Source of the DNA: Rhodosorus marinus CCMP1338
Lineage: Eukaryota > Plantae > Rhodophyta
Length of the DNA stretch: 64,000 nt
Assembly: GCA_029953675.1 (NCBI GenBank)
Contig: JAMWBK010000002.1
Location: 62,001 to 126,000, forward strand
Reading direction: 5' to 3'
A program made the position numbers and the translations under genes. The first letter of the stretch is position 1. Every line of letters starts with the position of its first letter. The notes below the pieces were generated by a model. The model was not told the origin of the DNA. It was given only the letters and a program-made list of their open reading frames with translations, and made no database searches. This document shows, in pieces, positions 59,816-64,000 of the stretch.

Positions 59816-60324
59816 GGTCGGTAACCGATCGAAGGATCCACTGCGTGGCCACCTTTCGGAGGACTTCGGGTACTCCGATCGGCCGGATGCCAGGTCTCAC
59901 TGCAACGGTTGTGTTGCTCGTGGGTTTTTCAAACGGCAGTAGTCTGCTGCTACGCATTGCCCGGGTCATCTGGGGTGCAAACTTCTCTGGTGCCGTAGCG
60001 AGTTGCCGGAGAACGCGGATTAGAGCCACTTAGACGTCCTGGGTGGCTCCCTGCAGGTGTTCTGCTCGGAGTCCACTAGGCCCGGGGCTGGTACCTTGGC
60101 GAAGCCGGGCTATTATCGCGAGAATATCTTCATCTGCTGCTTGTCGCGCATTCCATCTTGTCCTGAGATTATCGGTGTCCTTGGAGAGCAGGTTTTGTAG
60201 GGCTTGGTCGACATCCTCCGGTAGGGAACACTCCGTCGGGTCCGGAAAGAGTTCCTCCGATTGTTGCCACGTAGCGTTGGTAAATGGAGCCAGTTCGGTG
60301 GCCTGCAGTCTTCGGGTGCATTCC
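59816..60324 (-). mobile_element. Inverted RT N-terminal fragment (T-group)
   Basis: GTSPGPSGLRAEHLQG and IRPIGVPEVLRK; internal stop at 60030. Confidence 0.85.
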
Positions 60325-61236
60325 AAAGGTTGGTCACCAACCCACGAATCTCCCCTGAAAACCGAGCTCGAATACGGTCCGCCGCGGGGTCCGGGTCGGG
60401 AGTCTGGCTGCGTGAAATACCAACGCTGACACCGAAAAAATTGAGTGCGGTTGAGATGCAGGTAAACGTTCGACAACTGCTGGGGCTGCCAATTCCGGGA
60501 TTGCGCACCACCGAGAAGTGCACTAGTTGCCGGAGTAAACACGGAAGGACTGGGGTACAACGGTTTCATCACTGCCCAACATCAACTGGACTGTTGCAAC
60601 GTAGGCACGACGAAATCTGCAGAGAGCTGACACGGTGGCTGAGGCGATGGAACTTCATGGACGTAGAGCAAGAACCTGAGGGGTACTTCGAGAACTACGG
60701 AGTGAGACCTGATATCGTTGCTAGGCATCCGAGGACCAAACAAAGGTATGCGCTGGATGTGACCATTCGTTCGGATGTGACGGTGGTGTCACCATTACAG
60801 GGAAAATATTTGCGGCGGAGCCAAGATGATAGCGGATACGCGGCGAGAGCTGCGGAGAAGTGGAAAATCGCTCACTACAAAGAAGCGATGGTGATCGAGA
60901 AACCGGATGACAAGTTCATCCCGATAGCGATAGAGACGTTTGGGCGTACGGGGCAAATGGCACAAGATTTCCTCTGCGACAGCTGCAAACACCTACTGCA
61001 CAGGAGTGAGGAGCTGAGAGACGTGAGATCCCAGATAAACCGGCAACTATGGCGAGGTAACGCAGAGATAGCATTAGGCGCTTTGCGCGTGGACCAGCTG
61101 GAGAACCCGCTGGTGCCTGTTTTTTCTTTTGAACGTAGCATGAGACCCCGGTAGCGGGGTTCCAGTAAGTTTTTCCCTAGATAGGATTAGACGCAGTGTT
61201 GCGCTGCAGTAGGCAGTTGCCCAGTAAAGCTTACGG
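60316..61236 (+). mobile_element. Family T3, 5'-truncated
   Basis: Near-identical to the reverse complement of 52388-53310; followed by TTACGTTAGTCTGG (61237-61250). Confidence 0.92.
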
Positions 61237-61250
61237 TTACGTTAGTCTGG

Positions 61251-62425
61251 ACTGGTGGAGGCAAGTCGCGCAATTAGACGACGTTTGCAGTGCACGGATC
61301 CAGAGGCTGGCCGATTGGCAACGGCTGGAGGACTCGGCCGAAGGCACAGCGGAAGACACAGGAGGTACCCAAAGGTTTGACGGTCCGATCCAAAAAACGC
61401 TCTCTCGAGAGTGTCACCGACAAGCCTTTGAGGAGCTTACTGGAGATTCAACACTGGACGACCTAGACCGGGCGAGGATCCGATCGGCATCTGGAACGGG
61501 GTGCGGGGTCTGGCTACGCGACTGTCCTAGTACAGGGCCGCGGCAGTTGACGCGAAATGAGATGCAGTGGAGCATGCGGATGCTTCTAGGGCTACCACTA
61601 CAAGGACTAGGGCGGTCACACACGTGCACAGTCTGCGAGCAACCACACGATGTGCGTGGGATCCAGCGGCTGTACCACTGCAGGACCTCATCAGGGATGC
61701 GAACCAAGAGGCACGACGAGCTAAAGGTGGAACTGAGTCGATGGTTACACCTATGGAGTTTCACGGAGATACAAGTAGAGCCTCAGGGGTTCTTTGCTGG
61801 GTCTGGAATTCGCCCAGACATCGTTGCACGACACCCGACGAGCGGATGCGTGTACGTGGTGGATGTGATGGTGACATCGCCACTTCAAAGACATCAGTTG
61901 AGACATACGAGCTGGAACTGCGGGTATGCTGCGAAACAGGCCAAACAAGCGAAGACGTTGCATTATAAGGAAGTGTTGAGGGGGCAAAACCGAGATGTGG
62001 TTCTTGTGCCGTTCATTTTTGAGACAATTGGTCGAATGGGCCAGGCAAGCCTTGAATTTCTTCGAACGGCGAGCGCGCACCTGCATGATCGTGACTCCCA
62101 TCTATCGTCGGTGAGGGGTCAACTAAACCGCATTTTGTGGCAGCACAATGCTGCGCTAGTTGAGCACGCGATCGAGAAAGATCGCGCAGATAGACCGATA
62201 TTTCCCCTAAGTAGAATTTAGATGAGACTCCTGGACAGGGAGTCCAGGTTTGGTTAGTGCGTACGTAGTGATCATGTGATGCGCTACATTAGGTAGCTGC
62301 CCAATAAAGGCTACGGGGTAGAATTTAGATGAGACTCCTGGACAGGGGGCCCAGGTTTTATTTGTGCGTACGTAGTGATCGTGTGATGCGCTACATTAGG
62401 TAGCTGCCCAATAAAGGCTACGGGG
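61251..62425 (+). mobile_element. Family T5, 5'-truncated, with a duplicated 3'UTR
   Basis: ORF to 62221 (CTVC..HC, RHDEL, RPDI, VDVMV, VPFIFETIG). The 3'UTR 62214-62318 is repeated at 62319-62425; a perfect unit follows at 62426-62441. Confidence 0.9.
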
Positions 62426-62441
62426 TTACGTTAGTCTGGGG

Positions 62442-62987
62442 TTTGACAGTAGAACCGACTGGACACTACCAAGGCAGCCGGCTTCGGCCTGACTTTCTAG
62501 CCCGACACCCACGAACAGGCAAGCTCTACGTGATCGATGTGAAGGTGATCTCGCCGTTGCAAAGAACACACCTACACAAAGCGTCTTGGGAGACCGGGTA
62601 TGCGGCACGGAAAGCGGAAAAGTTTAAAGAGTCCAAATACCGTGACAGTATCGGAGAACACAACGACGACATCTTCATCCCCTTCTGCCTGGAAACATTT
62701 GGGCAGATCGGAAAACAAGCGAGTGAGTTCCTCAAGGAAGCGACTATACACCTGGATTAGCGGGCAACGCAAGTAAGTGATGCTCGGGCGATCTTGAACC
62801 GCACTCTGTGGAAAGGAAACGCTATCCTTGCCACCCAAGCTCGTCGTGTCGACGAAGCAGACTATGACATCGACCCTATCTTAGAACGTAGCCACACAAC
62901 CCATTAGGGGTTTATTTGCTGACCAATAGTATCCTTATTCCTTCTTAATGGGCTCCAATAGGGAGCTCTTCAGTAAAGTGTACGCGG
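62442..62987 (+). mobile_element. Family T2, 5'-truncated
   Basis: Near-identical to 703-1246; followed by the variant unit TTACGGTAGTCTG (62988-63000). Confidence 0.92.
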
Positions 62988-63000
62988 TTACGGTAGTCTG

Positions 63001-63320
63001 CAGCAGACTACTACCATTCGCGAAGCCACCGAAGGAATCGGCCCCGCAGGAAAACCAGGCGTTCGGCCCATCGGCGTCCCTGAAGTTCTGCGAAATGTGG
63101 CGACTCAATGGACCCTTCGCGCGGTGATCGACAGGGTGCGCACGCTCCTGGTGCCATTACAACTAGGGATCGGAGTCAGTGGCGGATGAGAACGCTCACT
63201 TCACGCGATCCAGGCCCATCTGTCATGTGAACCAGACGCGGTGGTGCTCAGGCTTGACCTCGAGAATGCATTGAACAGGATTGATCGAAGCCTCGCCAAG
63301 AAACTCGTGGACCAGCACTT
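63001..63320 (+). mobile_element. Internal RT fragment (T-group)
   Basis: GVRPIGVPEVLR..QLGIGVSGG*ERSLHAIQAH..RLDLENALN. Confidence 0.85.
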
Positions 63321-63341
63321 AACCCCAAACGCACCCCAGAC

Positions 63342-64000
63342 TCCAGGATGCCAACAGGTGTCCACCGAATTCACCGTACGGCACGTGGCTACCGCACAGG
63401 TTAGAACTCGAGGCCCCAGCCGCGGGCCATGGCGGTTGGGGCAAGCCAAGGTACAAACGTAAGCTCGTGCGCATCTTGAAGTCTGTCATCACTAGCCGCT
63501 GGTAGGCAGGAATAACCGTAAAGAAGTGAGAGCTGAGGTTACCCCCCAAAGCGCGAAGGCGAGCCAAAGTCGAAGGCGGAGAGGAAGCTGAACCGAGAAG
63601 GGTGGCGTACGAGTCGCGATGTATGTCCCAGGAAAGGGTTTTTTGTACTACATCAGTTCTCGAAGGGGCCGGGCCCGACCGGGTAACAGACTCCTCAGGC
63701 GGCCTCGACGGCACGGAAACAGCGTCCGTTTCAGCATCGACACCATCCATGTCAGCATCGTCTCCAGCGCAAACGCCAGCGCCCATCCGGGCTCCACTGT
63801 CAAGACACGGTTCGGCCGCAGAGCTTCCCGAACGAGATCCGCCAAAAGAGTCAAGAACTGCCCGCCACGACCCGTAGCGGGGTTGTGTACCGCTTGGCAG
63901 GGCAATACATTTCTGAAACGCACCCTCCAGCTCGTCAAAAACGCCTCCGAGCCTCGAGCTGAGAGTCACGTCCAAATGCTCCTCACTTAGGCCTCGTAAC
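63342..64000 (-). mobile_element. B-related ORF2 fragment, truncated at the Zn knuckle
   Basis: QKTLSWDIHR..ARLRALGG..RTSLRLYLGLPQPPWP..GHLLAS, ending on AGTCTGGGGTGCGTTTGGGGTTA (63321-63341). Confidence 0.8.

Noticed and set aside
1247-63000. 16-mer with variable intervening sequences read as a CRISPR-like array
   Set aside because: The intervening sequences are retroelement fragments of 12 bp to several kb, no cas genes are present, and the DNA has spliceosomal introns.
1-64000. Taxonomic assignment (protein style suggests an alga, possibly a red alga)
   Set aside because: No marker gene is in the window; this is an impression only.

Overview
Eukaryotic DNA: a pirin gene has four GT-AG introns; no rRNA, tRNA or CRISPR array was seen. 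The organism cannot be identified from the sequence alone. About two-thirds of the window is nested non-LTR retrotransposons of the CRE/SLACS type (RT, Zn knuckle and restriction-like endonuclease, preceded by an RRM-like ORF1). I distinguish at least seven families under my own labels T1-T5, B and C. Main signal: the 3' ends of T1-T5 sit immediately before the same 16-mer, TTACGTTAGTCTGGGG. The same 16-mer also caps broken (3'-truncated) sequences, so it is a candidate novel long telomere repeat colonised by several site-specific families. T1-T5 share a 3'-terminal 5-bp hairpin with an ANUAG loop and compensatory substitutions; family B lacks it and inserts elsewhere. The arrays switch orientation at fusion-like junctions (16896, 63320). 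A 5.4-kb inverted duplication (931-6376 / 22356-27832) carries an ORF1 fragment fused to a 5'-truncated toxin-like host gene. Host islands encode a pirin, a truncated GSDH-type dehydrogenase, a truncated WD40-like protein and a family of secreted Cys-rich, Pro/Thr-rich proteins. Several frameshifts lie in homopolymers and may be long-read errors. All coordinates were read by hand; junctions may be off by a few bases.
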